A DNA stretch of 64,000 nt from a bacterium (GCA_963669175.1 OY769902.1:1271240-1335239); one strand, 5' to 3'; positions 34,101 through 43,259 are shown, numbered from the stretch's first letter. A program made the numbers and translations. The notes: a model not told the origin generated them from the sequence alone.

Positions 34101-34372
34101 TCATCATGACTTCGTTGACCACATTCTTCGGTCTGATCCCGATCATCCTGGAGACATCCATACAAGCGCAATTCCTGATCCCCATGGCGATCAGCCTCGG
34201 ATTTGGTGTGCTGTTCTCCACGGCCATTACCCTGGTGCTGATTCCCTCGCTTTACCTGATTCTGGAGGATATCCTGAATTTGTGGCGGGCGATTTTCGGC
34301 ATGGAAGTCGAAGAGATTAAAACCGATCCGGCGCAGGTTAGCATTCAAAGCGGAGGCGGTCAGATCGAGTAA
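31160..34372 (+). CDS. RND efflux permease (AcrB-like)
   Basis: 1070-aa ORF with a 12-TM architecture and two large periplasmic loops. Its start overlaps the adaptor stop (ATGA). Confidence 0.95.
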   Translation: MNRDKGPIAYMASNHVAANMLMLVLVIGGLVIGSSIKQEVFPETELDMVLVSVAYPGATPAEVEEAVVRPVELAISGVDDVKKVTSSANESVGTITVEVLENGDVDMVLQDVKTQIDRIRTFPEEAERPVISKVIPTRQVLSLIIFGDVPERSLREIADQVKDDLLAKENITQVTLSGAREYEISIEIPEDNLRKYGLTLPTVASIVSQASLDMAGGTIKDESGEVLIRITEKRYTGTEFDSVKVFTMPDGREVLLKDIGVVKDSFEENDMEVLFDGKPSIMVQVFRVGEQTPKEVSQTVKDYVASIEGRYPPTVQFEIYNDSSEVLQSRIDLLLNNGMLGLILVVVILSMFLEIRLAVFVAMGIVISFLGAMLFMPSLDVSINMMSLFAFLIILGIVVDDAIVVGENVLVHRRMGKSLLRASIDGTREMSMAVVFAGLTTIAAFAPLLFVGGFFGKFLGVVPVIIITVLIISLVESIFILPAHLNGWPITSKAPVWDKIENQRKRFDGFIGWLIDKTYVDSLKWSTRNRYITVAIAIAVMLITFGMFAGGFIKFSFMPSIEADEVVVTLEMPPGTTFLETKKLAEEIEAIGRDLVAKSDAERGDGLSNLEHVFTIVGQSFSGGGHRGGSNTTSSNLAQIRLLLTDPDVRTISSPVLASKWREAVGDVPGVERLQFRSDLINSSADMEVQLSHTDFDVLLAASERLKSMLSEYAGMQEVDDSYTEGKRELKLKLRPEAASLGITEASLAQQVRGAFYGSEVARIQRGENEVKVMVRYPEEDRRTLMSIEKMRIRTASGEEIPFKQAAYIDEGRGYSTIQRTDRRRVVSVTASVDKRTANVDDIMADLESTMLPKLLSYYPGLAYSFEGRSLDQKESLQSILRAEGFGLFLIFALLAIPFRSFFQPLIVMSAIPFGVIGAAIGHLLLGYPITMISMWGIVALTGVVVNSSLVMIDFINRGRADGMDVVEAVHESGRRRFRPIIMTSLTTFFGLIPIILETSIQAQFLIPMAISLGFGVLFSTAITLVLIPSLYLILEDILNLWRAIFGMEVEEIKTDPAQVSIQSGGGQIE

Positions 34373-34392
34373 GGATTGCCAGTCTCGGGGAC

Positions 34393-34685
34393 AAGCAGGC
34401 GAAAAACGGGACTGTTACCTTTTCATGTTTCAAGTGTAGAAATGACATAGCAGTAAAGACGAAAAGGTAACTGTACCAGGTTTTCTGCCTGCTGCTACAG
34501 GCTGTTCCGTGCAGGAAAATGCCGGGACAGCCACCTTTTCGCATCATGGTTTTCAGAAATCAATAACTTTGCGTTTAAATAATAAATGGTTAACAGTTTA
34601 CAACATGTTTTGCATGCGAAAAGCGTGGCAGTCCCCATTTTCCATCGGAAATTTCCATTGTCTATCGAATTTGCTCTACACATCC
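34393..34685 (+). repeat. Family B element, copy B2
   Basis: Dyad boxes at 34401-34424, 34461-34485, 34514-34540 and 34618-34643. It starts 21 nt after the permease stop. Confidence 0.85.
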
Positions 34686-34746
34686 ATAGTCAGGCATGAG
34701 AATTTCTTGATTACACGAATCAACGAAGCACTATAAACTTCAACTT

Positions 34747-35499
34747 CTATTCCCAAGTCGATTCCACACGGGCCAGTTCATGCTGGTCCGTTTCTCGTAT
34801 AAGTAGATGCCGCCATACCTGTTTCTGCTCTGAGGACTCAAGCGCTGTTTTTGAGGTCACAGTGTCATGGTATAAGGCTTCCGCGCGGAACAGGATATCC
34901 AGGTCACGTAAGCATTTCCCCTCACGAACGTCGCCCGGAATCGCCTCCATCGCCCAGTTGACATAGTGGACGCTGTTCAGGTGATGATTGGTGTCCAGAT
35001 CCTCTTCACGTACCCGGAACTTCACTTCATGCTCGGCCTGTTTCAACCCACGGACAATACGTTCCGCGTAGGTCAACGCCCGTACTGGAGTATTCGGATG
35101 CAGGTTCCGGACATTGTCCGGCATGGGGACAGCCTTGCGTGTGGTAGAATCAATGATTGCCCATGATGAGGTGCCCCACGCGATAATCTGGCCATTCGCG
35201 TGTACCAGGTAGTCACGATAAGCGCCCATCCGATCCACCCCGGAAGGCCAGGTTGTGACCTTGATCTCCTCACGCACCTTTGGCCAGGCGCTGAACCTGA
35301 CACGGATACGGTTCAACACCCATGCGATGTTCTGTTCATGCAGGGTCTCAAGGGACATGCCCAGCTTGAAGGCGTGCTGACCGGCCGCTTCCAGCAACAA
35401 AAGCACAAAAGCGCCTGGGGTTATCCGGCTTTCTTTCCCGATCTCGTAGCCACGCACGGTGAATTGGGTACGATGCGCGTTTTCCGGTGGGGTAATCAT
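34747..35499 (-). CDS. Acyl-ACP thioesterase
   Basis: The track ORF runs to TTG 35538; ATG 35499 is preferred. FTVRGYEIG..ITPGAFVLLLLEAAGQH..NIAWVLNRIRVRF and a second hotdog half are typical of the family. Confidence 0.8.
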   Translation of the reverse strand: MITPPENAHRTQFTVRGYEIGKESRITPGAFVLLLLEAAGQHAFKLGMSLETLHEQNIAWVLNRIRVRFSAWPKVREEIKVTTWPSGVDRMGAYRDYLVHANGQIIAWGTSSWAIIDSTTRKAVPMPDNVRNLHPNTPVRALTYAERIVRGLKQAEHEVKFRVREEDLDTNHHLNSVHYVNWAMEAIPGDVREGKCLRDLDILFRAEALYHDTVTSKTALESSEQKQVWRHLLIRETDQHELARVESTWE

Positions 35500-35521
35500 G
35501 GTGTGTTCCCGGAGGTTTGTT

Positions 35522-35550
35522 AAAAAGGGCCACCCCAAGCGGAGTGGCCC
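35522..35550 (-). terminator. Rho-independent terminator of the propeller-protein gene
   Basis: On the minus strand, GGGCCAC-TCCGCTTGGG-GTGGCCC is followed by TTTTT. Confidence 0.65.
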
Positions 35551-35574
35551 TTGTGATACTCTGTAAACATCGGA

Positions 35575-36345
35575 CTACTTCAGGCGGTAGATGCTCATGT
35601 CGCTGTTAGCAATCCAGGGGTTGCCATTGGCATCGACGTCGATCAGAACACCAGCGCCAACGACCTGTTCCCAGCTATCGCCTACGAGTTTGTAGACGTT
35701 GAAGCCCTTGTCCGCTTCCTTGAAACCGATGATCCATACGCTGCCGTCGGCGCCAACGCCGATATCCTTCGCTCGACCATTAACGGTTTCGAAACCACCG
35801 CTCAGGCCCTTGGTGGGAACCCACTTGTTGATGGTGCCGTCTTCTGCGGCGATCCAGGGGTTGCCATTCGGGTCAACGGAGATCCGGCGGCCATTGCCGA
35901 GCGCCTGATCCCAGCCGTTGATGGAGTTGTTCCAACGGAACACGCCGTAATTCTTGTCCGGGGATCCAACGATCCAGACGCTGCCATCAGCGCCAATGCC
36001 GATATCTGATGCACGACCCGGTACTTCGACCAGCTTGCCGCCCAGACCTTCGTCTGTACGGAAACGCCAGATGGCCATATCCTGGTCAGCGATCCAGGGG
36101 TTGCCGTTGGCATCAACGTCAATCCGCTTGCCTTTACCCAGGATCTGATCCCAGCCGGCTGTGGAAGGATTAAACTTGAAAATCCCGTATTTTTCCGCTG
36201 AACCGACGATCCACACGCTACCATCAGCGCCGCAGCCGATATCAGTTGCACGACCGTTGATCTTTTCAAATGTCGGTCCCTGCGCTGGAATGGCAAGGGC
36301 GAGCATTAAGATCACTGCTGCCGCAATGGTAATATTCCTGGCCAT
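35575..36345 (-). CDS. Secreted six-blade tectonin/tachylectin-like beta-propeller protein
   Basis: 256-aa ORF with a signal peptide. It has three D-I-G-x-G-A-D-G-S-V-W-I blades alternating with three D-x-N-G-N-P-W-I-A blades. A strong AAGGAGG lies upstream. Confidence 0.7.
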   Translation of the reverse strand: MARNITIAAAVILMLALAIPAQGPTFEKINGRATDIGCGADGSVWIVGSAEKYGIFKFNPSTAGWDQILGKGKRIDVDANGNPWIADQDMAIWRFRTDEGLGGKLVEVPGRASDIGIGADGSVWIVGSPDKNYGVFRWNNSINGWDQALGNGRRISVDPNGNPWIAAEDGTINKWVPTKGLSGGFETVNGRAKDIGVGADGSVWIIGFKEADKGFNVYKLVGDSWEQVVGAGVLIDVDANGNPWIANSDMSIYRLK

Positions 36346-36873
36346 ACTTAGCCTCCTTTGAACTTGGTTGAGGGGCCTCCCCCCATGTAGCTGTTTACTG
36401 TCTTTGTTGTCGTCGTTGGTACGTTCCCTCCCTTACTACGACGGGAACGGTGTGCTAACACTCTGCGAACACGCGTCAATCCTGAGTTTTATGTGTTCCA
36501 GAGAGTGTAATGTATACCCCTTCAGGAAGAGGAAGCAAGAGGTTTTCCTTTTGCCGATAAATCAGTAGGACCGGAGACTAAAAGTGTGCTCCATCGGCTC
36601 GCTGCAAACATTTACGTGACATTTCCCGCTTGAGAATCATCTACTATATCATCGACAAAGTTGTTCACTGCTGCGGGGGGTAATATACTACTTTTCCCTG
36701 GAACAACGAACCGGAACCTTCAGGCTCCCAAATCCGGTTTTCCCCTCGCAGCAGTCCTTCCCCTTACAGAATTTCCGATCTACCAGTTGAAACGGCTCCT
36801 TTAAATGTCAATCAGGCGTTCACTTCCCAGTTTGAAACGCCTAACTTGTCCTTGAAGTACCGTTGTTGAACAA

Positions 36874-38070
36874 ATGACATTCATGGTGATACCACGACAG
36901 CTTGTTGATATCGATAGTCCCGTTAAAGCCAACACTGTAAGCATGATGAAGCTCAACAGACTGACAGACCTCTTAAAACGCAGCCGCAGTGCGCTGTTGC
37001 TCCTGCTGGCTGTATTCCTGATTGCCCAGGTGGCCTGGTGGGTGATTTTCCAAATACGTGTGGATAAACGTCTGACGCTTGCCCAGCACGAACTGTGGGA
37101 CCAGCAGATCGAACTCACCTCGCGTTTCATTGACGTTCACTACCGTGGCAATCCGGAAGCAGCTTCCTTTTGGTTGAACAGCACCTATCCCGACCTGGCG
37201 CTGTCGTCGGACGGTCACGTTGTCGTTCGTCCCGAGGCGCATACACGGTTGATGGAGGAGACCCGCAAGGCTGTCCGGATGTTTGCCTACGAGGGCGGCT
37301 TTTTCTCCCTGATCGTGCTTCTCGGTATCGGGTACATGTACTGGACTTTGAGACGTGAAATTCTGGTGGAACGTCAACAGGCAAACTTCCTTGCCGCCAT
37401 TACCCATGAATTAAAAACGCCGGTGACTGCGATCAAACTGCTGCACGAAAACCTTGAGCATGCGGATTTGCAGGAAGCGCAGACGGTTGAAGTGAATGAA
37501 GCGATACATCAAAATCTTGATCGCCTGCATCAACTTATCGAACGGTTGCTTCTTGCACGTTCGCTCACGTATAACAAACCCAGGGATCTATCCGGGAATA
37601 CGGATTTGTGTGCGGTTACTACCAGGGTGGTTCAGCAATACCTGCAACGCTTGCCTGCGGAACGTGCGGCCGATATTCAGTACTCGAAAGCAGAGGGGTG
37701 TTTTGCCCGGATTACGCCCGAATTCTGGGAAATTGTCGTCATTAATCTCCTGGAAAACGCCCTGAAATACAGCAAGACAGGGCAGAAGATCCAGGTTGCT
37801 CTCAAGGCAGAAGAGAAGCACGCAAAACTGTCTGTCAAGGATATGGGGACAGGCTTTTCCAGGAGCGAACACCGGGTTATCTTCAATCGGTTCTATCGTG
37901 TGGGCAATGAGGATACACGCAGCACAGAAGGTATTGGGCTTGGTCTGTATCTGGTGCGTGAGATTGTTCACAGTTTCAAGGGCGCCATTGATGGGCAAAG
38001 CGAGGGGCCGGGGATGGGTGCGGAGTTTATCGTTACACTGCCATTGCTGAGGGAGTCGTTACGTGGCTGA
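36874..38070 (+). CDS. Membrane sensor histidine kinase
   Basis: 398-aa ORF with two TM segments, the H-box ITHELKTPVTAI and the NLLENALKYS, DMGTGF and GIGLGLYLV boxes. Confidence 0.9.
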   Translation: MTFMVIPRQLVDIDSPVKANTVSMMKLNRLTDLLKRSRSALLLLLAVFLIAQVAWWVIFQIRVDKRLTLAQHELWDQQIELTSRFIDVHYRGNPEAASFWLNSTYPDLALSSDGHVVVRPEAHTRLMEETRKAVRMFAYEGGFFSLIVLLGIGYMYWTLRREILVERQQANFLAAITHELKTPVTAIKLLHENLEHADLQEAQTVEVNEAIHQNLDRLHQLIERLLLARSLTYNKPRDLSGNTDLCAVTTRVVQQYLQRLPAERAADIQYSKAEGCFARITPEFWEIVVINLLENALKYSKTGQKIQVALKAEEKHAKLSVKDMGTGFSRSEHRVIFNRFYRVGNEDTRSTEGIGLGLYLVREIVHSFKGAIDGQSEGPGMGAEFIVTLPLLRESLRG

Positions 38071-38755
38071 AACAATCCTGATCGTGGAAGATGACCAGTC
38101 GATAGCGTTGGGATTGAAACTGAACCTGCAACGTGAAGGTTTTGACGTTGTCCACGTGGATAACGGTAACGACGCGCTGGAAACAATCACCAACACCGTC
38201 CCGGACCTTGTGCTGCTGGATGTAATGTTGCCCGGGATGAGTGGTTTTGAGGTATGCGAACGTGTGCGGAAAAGCGGCAGCCGTGTGCCGATCCTTTATG
38301 TCACCGCACGTAGCATGACCGATGACCGTATCAAAGGCCTCGAGCTGGGGGGAGATGATTACATCACCAAGCCGTTCGAGTTCGTGGAATTGTTGACACG
38401 TATCCGCGCCATGCTGCGACGGCAATCATGGTATATGGCCGCGCCCGATACGGGTAACACGGTCACATTCGGCAACAACAAGGTGGATTTCACTGCGTAT
38501 CATGCCTGGACCCCTGCAGGCGAAATTGACCTGACCCAGAAAGAAAACATGGTGCTGAAGACTCTGTATGAAAACCAGGGCAAGGTGCTGTCACGTGACG
38601 ATATCCTGGACAAGGTCTGGGGTTATGATGCGTATCCTTCCACGAGGACTGTGGACAATATTATCCTGAACCTGCGACGTTATTTCGAGGACGATCCCAA
38701 ACATCCACGCTTCATCCAGTCGCAATACGGTGTGGGGTATGTGTTCAGGTCGTAA
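38063..38755 (+). CDS. OmpR/PhoB-family response regulator
   Basis: 230-aa ORF with a receiver (ILIVEDD, DLVLLDVMLPGMSG) and a winged-helix output (YGVGYVFR). It overlaps the kinase gene by 8 nt. Confidence 0.95.
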   Translation: MAETILIVEDDQSIALGLKLNLQREGFDVVHVDNGNDALETITNTVPDLVLLDVMLPGMSGFEVCERVRKSGSRVPILYVTARSMTDDRIKGLELGGDDYITKPFEFVELLTRIRAMLRRQSWYMAAPDTGNTVTFGNNKVDFTAYHAWTPAGEIDLTQKENMVLKTLYENQGKVLSRDDILDKVWGYDAYPSTRTVDNIILNLRRYFEDDPKHPRFIQSQYGVGYVFRS

Positions 38756-38776
38756 GCTTCTGCAGGGATAACTCTT

Positions 38777-38870
38777 GGATTCACAGGATGAACAGGATGG
38801 TGTAAGGATGCCAGAGATAAATTGCCGGATTCACAGGATGAACAGGATAGGAAAGGATGCCAAGGATATA
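38777..38870 (+). repeat. Family D, two tandem forward arms (D7)
   Basis: GGATTCACAGGATGAACAGGAT..AAGGATGCC occurs at 38777-38815 and again at 38827-38870. No reverse arm lies nearby. Confidence 0.8.
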
Positions 38871-39061
38871 CAGCAATTTGAGGAACCTTTAACTGGCTAT
38901 TGTCTGTACCTCGAATGAGTTATAGAAGGAGCACTTGAAAGATTCCAAGGCTGTACTGCAATAACAGGGAGCCTTCAATTTGGCTTATGTTTGAACACTG
39001 AAGGAGTATTTGACAGTTGACTTGAAGGGAACAAGAAGGGTGGCTTGAAGGGATTAGAAAG

Positions 39062-39165
39062 GGTGACTATTATACATTCCCCGAAGGGGTTTAACTTGAA
39101 TAGCGCGGTGGCGTAAGCCCCTGGAAAAATGGAAGATACCCCCCTTCGATCCCGAAGGGATCGCA
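39062..39165 (-). repeat. Family F hairpin element, copy F2
   Basis: The reverse complement reads ..CCAGGGGCTTACGCCACCGCGCTATTCAAGTTAAACCCCTTCGGGGAATGT.., collinear with 3450-3542. Confidence 0.75.
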
Positions 39166-39170
39166 CAACC

Positions 39171-39998
39171 CTACTGCATGTTTTCCCATTCTTTCAGCTT
39201 CGCGCTGGCCTGTTTCAATCTCTTGATTTCTTCGCTGGACAGTTTATCGATCCCGATCCGGTTAATTTTATCGAGCAGGTCGTCAATCTCTTTCTGCAGC
39301 TTCTCTTTTTCCTTATCCCGGTCCCAGACAACTTTCATTTTCTTCTTTGTTTTCTGCATGTCATTCCAGCGACGGAATTTGTACCACCAGAGATCTTTTT
39401 TCAGGTAGAGGAACCCGAACAACATGCCGCCAAGGTGGGCGAAATGGGCCACGCCACGGTTCGAGCCGCTCATGGCCATGAAAAGCTCAATTGCGCCGAA
39501 GATGATTACAAAATACTTCGCCTTCATCGGGATGGGCGGGAAAAGCAGCATTATCATCTGGTTGGGGAAACTCATGCCGAACGCCAGGAGCAGGCCGAAA
39601 ATCGCACCGGACGCACCCACAATCGGGATCGGGCTGAACGGTGTAACCAGAGCGTTGGTGAAGCCTGCACCGATACCGCAAACGAAATAATACGTCAGGA
39701 ACTTTCGTGAACCCCAGTACGCTTCCAGGGTACGTCCGAACATCCACAACGCGAACATGTTGAAAAACAGGTGGAAGAAATTCGACTGGGAATGCAGGAA
39801 CATGTAGGTGACAGCCTGGAATATCCAGCCTTTCCAGAACAAAGCCGGCACCAGGCCAAAGGTCAGCGCCCAGCTTCCGGTACCACGTTCCAGCAGCATC
39901 TGGGTAAGGAATACGGCGACATTCGCAATAATGAGATTGCGGACGACTGTCCCCATGCCGCCAAATCCCCCGCCATATCCTCCGCCGTACCTGCTCAC
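39171..39998 (-). CDS. Rhomboid-family intramembrane serine protease
   Basis: 275-aa ORF with 6 TM segments, the GASGAIFG catalytic Ser motif and the HLGGMLFG His motif. It has a C-terminal coiled-coil tail. Confidence 0.9.
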   Translation of the reverse strand: MSRYGGGYGGGFGGMGTVVRNLIIANVAVFLTQMLLERGTGSWALTFGLVPALFWKGWIFQAVTYMFLHSQSNFFHLFFNMFALWMFGRTLEAYWGSRKFLTYYFVCGIGAGFTNALVTPFSPIPIVGASGAIFGLLLAFGMSFPNQMIMLLFPPIPMKAKYFVIIFGAIELFMAMSGSNRGVAHFAHLGGMLFGFLYLKKDLWWYKFRRWNDMQKTKKKMKVVWDRDKEKEKLQKEIDDLLDKINRIGIDKLSSEEIKRLKQASAKLKEWENMQ

Positions 39999-40110
39999 TA
40001 CGTTTTCCCTGGTTAGTTAGATCATCTGAAAAGATAGGCAATGCCTGCGCCGTATCCAACGTATACCCGTGACATCCGTCCAGGTCCACTTGTCCCATGC
40101 TCCAACCGGA

Positions 40111-40656
40111 TCAGGGTTCCTTGATTTTCGCGTCGATCAGCTCCAGAAGTCCGGTCATGGTCTTCTGTAACGCTTCGACCTCGCTACGTATGGACATCCA
40201 GTTGGTCAGATCACGTGCGATGACCACAGCCTGTATCGGTTTCCCGGTACGTCTTGCAATAGGAGCCGCCTTGGCACGGAACAAACGTGTCGGGCCGTTC
40301 TTTTGCGGGGCTTCCCAGGTGAACGGAACCTCGCTGTTGGAACGAATCGCGGAAACCGCCTGCCCCGATATTGTGCCAGCCTTTTTGTGATAAGGGAAAA
40401 CCTCTTCAGCTTTCTTCTCGATGATCTCTTTCTCTGATAGCCCCAATAAGGCTAAGCCACGAGGATTGACATCGAGGAAACGGCCATCCTTATCCATCAC
40501 CGCGACAAAATCTTCGTCATAGTCACGCCAAGCGTTGTAACGTGCCTGTACACCCAGCAAACGCTTCTCTGTATCCCGAAGCATCAGCACTTCACGCTTC
40601 ACATGCTGGTAATCATCCCAGAACTCGAAATCTGTCGGGTTTACCTGATCTGTCAT
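40111..40656 (-). CDS. Stand-alone PAS-domain protein
   Basis: 181-aa ORF with a PAS-like core (FVAVMDKDGRFLDVNPRGLALLGLSEKEIIEKK...IQAVVIARDLT). Confidence 0.65.
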   Translation of the reverse strand: MTDQVNPTDFEFWDDYQHVKREVLMLRDTEKRLLGVQARYNAWRDYDEDFVAVMDKDGRFLDVNPRGLALLGLSEKEIIEKKAEEVFPYHKKAGTISGQAVSAIRSNSEVPFTWEAPQKNGPTRLFRAKAAPIARRTGKPIQAVVIARDLTNWMSIRSEVEALQKTMTGLLELIDAKIKEP

Positions 40657-40788
40657 GGTGAACCTCTCTCTCTTTGGAGTTGGAAAGTTATAAAGTTACA
40701 AAGTTGAAAAGTTATTAAAAGAAAAACTGGGACTGATCTTTCGCGGTCTGTTATTCATTGATCAAAGGAAATAGAGAATAAAGACAAT

Positions 40789-41160
40789 CTGCTCTCGATT
40801 CAATTCCGTCATAATGAAGATTGCCGGGAAAAGGGGACGGGATCCTTTTCCTCGTGCTAATGCAGCATATTTCTGAACTATTCATGGAAAAGGAAACTGT
40901 CCCCTTTTCCGCGTAATTCCTGCTTGCTCCCAAGAAAAAAGGTACAGCCACCTTTCCCGGTCCATGCTCACAGCGGGAAGGCTTTACCCCAGGGAAAGGA
41001 GGCAGTCCCCTTTTTCCATATTCTTTCTCCCCATATAGTAGATCTTTCACTGATATAGAACATAACCATATGGCAGATTAATATTGGGAATCGCTACACA
41101 ACTGAAGGTGAAGCTCTTCAAATAAATTAAAATAGACCACCGCCGGACAAGCCGGCGGGG
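40789..41160 (+). repeat. Family C element, copy C2
   Basis: Dyad boxes at 40827-40851, 40886-40910, 40934-40957 and 40993-41017. It ends in the hairpin CCGCCGG-ACAAG-CCGGCGG. Confidence 0.85.
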
Positions 41161-41184
41161 CCAACAGGGAATCAATCTTCTTCG

Positions 41185-41299
41185 CAGAAATCGTAGAATA
41201 CTACAATCAGAAATCGTAGAATACTACAATCAGAAATCGTAGAATACTACAATCAGAAATCATAGAATACTACAATCAGAAATCGTAGAACACTACTAT
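41185..41299. repeat. Tandem repeat, 23 bp x 5
   Basis: The unit CAGAAATCGTAGAATACTACAAT occurs at 41185, 41208, 41231, 41254 and 41277, with degenerate continuation to about 41320. Confidence 0.95.
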
Positions 41300-41344
41300 C
41301 ACAAATCGTTGCATATCACTGTTATAAACTGTAGTCCTTCATAA

Positions 41345-41735
41345 AATGCAGTTGTATCCTGAATATCCTTTTTAGGCTGCTCACAAGAATTTTTGCATAT
41401 TATCGACGAGCACGTTTCGTCAGGTCTTGACATGATGCCTTTTCTTGTTCTTCTCCGTAATTTCAGACATCTGTCCGACTTCACACCTGCTATTTCACAT
41501 GATAGATCATCATCAGGCATCATGTTATGTCCTGACGGCAGTGAGAGTACCGATACCGGTGGCAGGTCACAACGCGACAATAACAGGGTGAGAGGTGGTT
41601 TCAGAATCATCGTGCATTCAGGAAAACATAGCGAAAGCCGAAAACGGAAAGTCGCGTCAAGACCTGCCACAACTTTGCCCGGATGCACAAATTCTTGTGA
41701 GGAACCCCTTTTTATCCTGTTCATCCTTTAAATTC
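41345..41735. repeat. Family D reverse arm (D9) split by family A copy A4
   Basis: With A4 and one duplication removed, the sequence reads ATCCTGAATATCCTTTTTATCCTGTTCATCCTTTAAATTC. This is a phased ATCCT array. Confidence 0.75.
41375..41706 (-). mobile_element. Family A element, copy A4 (full length, degenerating)
   Basis: TIRs are GGCTGCTCACAAGAATTTTTGCAT and ATGCACAAATTCTTGTGAGGAACC. An exact 8-bp direct repeat CCTTTTTA lies at 41367-41374 and 41707-41714. Boxes iii and v carry transitions. Confidence 0.9.
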
Positions 41736-41747
41736 AGCTTGTGAGTC

Positions 41748-43259
41748 CTATTCTTCGCTCGGAGCTTCGTCCCTGTCACGGAGCAACGGGAACAGGAGTA
41801 CGTCACGGATCGAGCTGCGGTCGGTCATCAGCATGACCAAACGATCCACACCCATCCCCAGGCCGGCCGTGGGGGGCATACCCAACTCCAGCACGCCAAG
41901 GAAATCCTCGTCGAGCTGCATGGCTTCATCATCGCCCGCCATACGTGCTTTCGCCTGTGCTTCGAACCGTTCGCGCTGATCCTGAGGATCGGTCAACTCG
42001 CTGAAACTGTTGGCCAGTTCCATCCCTCCGGCAAAAGCTTCAAAGCGTTCCACCAGCCGTTTGTCATCACGGTGCCGTTTCGCCAACGGACTCAACTCAA
42101 CCGGGTAATCGATCATGAAGGTCGCGCGTTTGAAGGTAGGCTCGACCAGTTCCCCGGCCAGTTCATCCAACGCCTTGCCTAAAGCGTACTTGGGATCAAT
42201 CATGATGTTATTCTTTTTGGCGACCTCACGCACCTTCTCCAGGTCAGCGCCCAGCAGATCCTCACCGGTTATTTCCTTGAGGGCGTCGAAGAAGTTCACT
42301 CGCGGCCAGGGCGGAGTGTAATCCAGCACCTCGCCGTTAAACGGCGCCTGGTAGCTGCCGTGAATCTTCATCACCGTATCCGCGACGATCTTTTCGACCA
42401 GCTCCATGTGATACGTATAATCCTTGAAGGCGATGTAACATTCCATCATGGTGAACTCGGGATTGTGCGTCCGGTCCACGCCTTCATTACGGAAATCCTT
42501 GGAGATTTCGTAGACACGATCCAGTCCGCCCACGATCAGCCGCTTCAGGTACAGCTCGTCTGCGATGCGCAGGTACAGCTTCTTTTTGAGCTGGTTGTGG
42601 TGGGTTTCGAACGGACGCGCGGTGCCGCCACCGTACAGGGGCTGGAGAACGGGAGTTTCTACTTCAAGGAAACCCTGCTCGTCCAGGATGCGGCGCATGT
42701 TCGAGATGATCATCGCGCGTGTACGGAAAGAGTCACGCACTTCCGGGTTGACGATGAGGTCCAGCGCACGGTTACGGTAGCGTTCATCGGGATCGGAAAA
42801 CTCATGGTGACGTTCCCCGGTTTCCGCATCTTCCTTTACTACGGGTAGCGGACGGATATTCTTGGCCAGCAGGGTGTATTCCTGAACATGCAGAGATTTC
42901 TCGCCGGTTTTGGTGACCATAACCTTCCCCACCAGTCCCAGCCAGTCACCCAGGTCTACCGAGCTTTTGTACAGGGCATAGGGCTCTTCGCCGACATCGT
43001 CACGCTTGATGTAAAACTGGACTCTTCCGGTATCGTCCAGGAAATGTGCGAAGGAGGCTTTGCCCATGACACGCTTGGCGACAACACGTCCCGCCATGCG
43101 AACCACAATCTCTTTTTCCTGGAGTTCGTCGAACTCTTCCAGCATCTGTGCGACAGTGTGGGTACGATCAAATTCGTACGGATATGGCTCAACGCCGGCC
43201 TCGACAAACTTCTGTAACTTGGCCTTGCGTGTTTCGATCAACTGCTGTAGGGTTTCCAT
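41748..43259 (-). CDS. lysS: Lysine--tRNA ligase (class II)
   Basis: The track ORF runs to 43349; ATG 43259 (METLQQLIETRKAKL) matches the usual LysS N-terminus. Class II motifs are FRNEG and GLGMGVDRLVML. Confidence 0.95.
   Translation of the reverse strand: METLQQLIETRKAKLQKFVEAGVEPYPYEFDRTHTVAQMLEEFDELQEKEIVVRMAGRVVAKRVMGKASFAHFLDDTGRVQFYIKRDDVGEEPYALYKSSVDLGDWLGLVGKVMVTKTGEKSLHVQEYTLLAKNIRPLPVVKEDAETGERHHEFSDPDERYRNRALDLIVNPEVRDSFRTRAMIISNMRRILDEQGFLEVETPVLQPLYGGGTARPFETHHNQLKKKLYLRIADELYLKRLIVGGLDRVYEISKDFRNEGVDRTHNPEFTMMECYIAFKDYTYHMELVEKIVADTVMKIHGSYQAPFNGEVLDYTPPWPRVNFFDALKEITGEDLLGADLEKVREVAKKNNIMIDPKYALGKALDELAGELVEPTFKRATFMIDYPVELSPLAKRHRDDKRLVERFEAFAGGMELANSFSELTDPQDQRERFEAQAKARMAGDDEAMQLDEDFLGVLELGMPPTAGLGMGVDRLVMLMTDRSSIRDVLLFPLLRDRDEAPSEE

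Noticed and set aside
36346-36873. Riboswitch or known housekeeping RNA (RNase P, tmRNA, SRP, 6S) in the large non-coding gaps (also 45367-45796, 47040-47536 and 16494-17364).
   Set aside because: I saw none of the hallmark conserved strings, such as the GGAAAGTCC-type RNase P core or the tmRNA tRNA-like ends. I could not fold a recognisable aptamer by eye, and an Rfam scan would be needed to exclude them properly.
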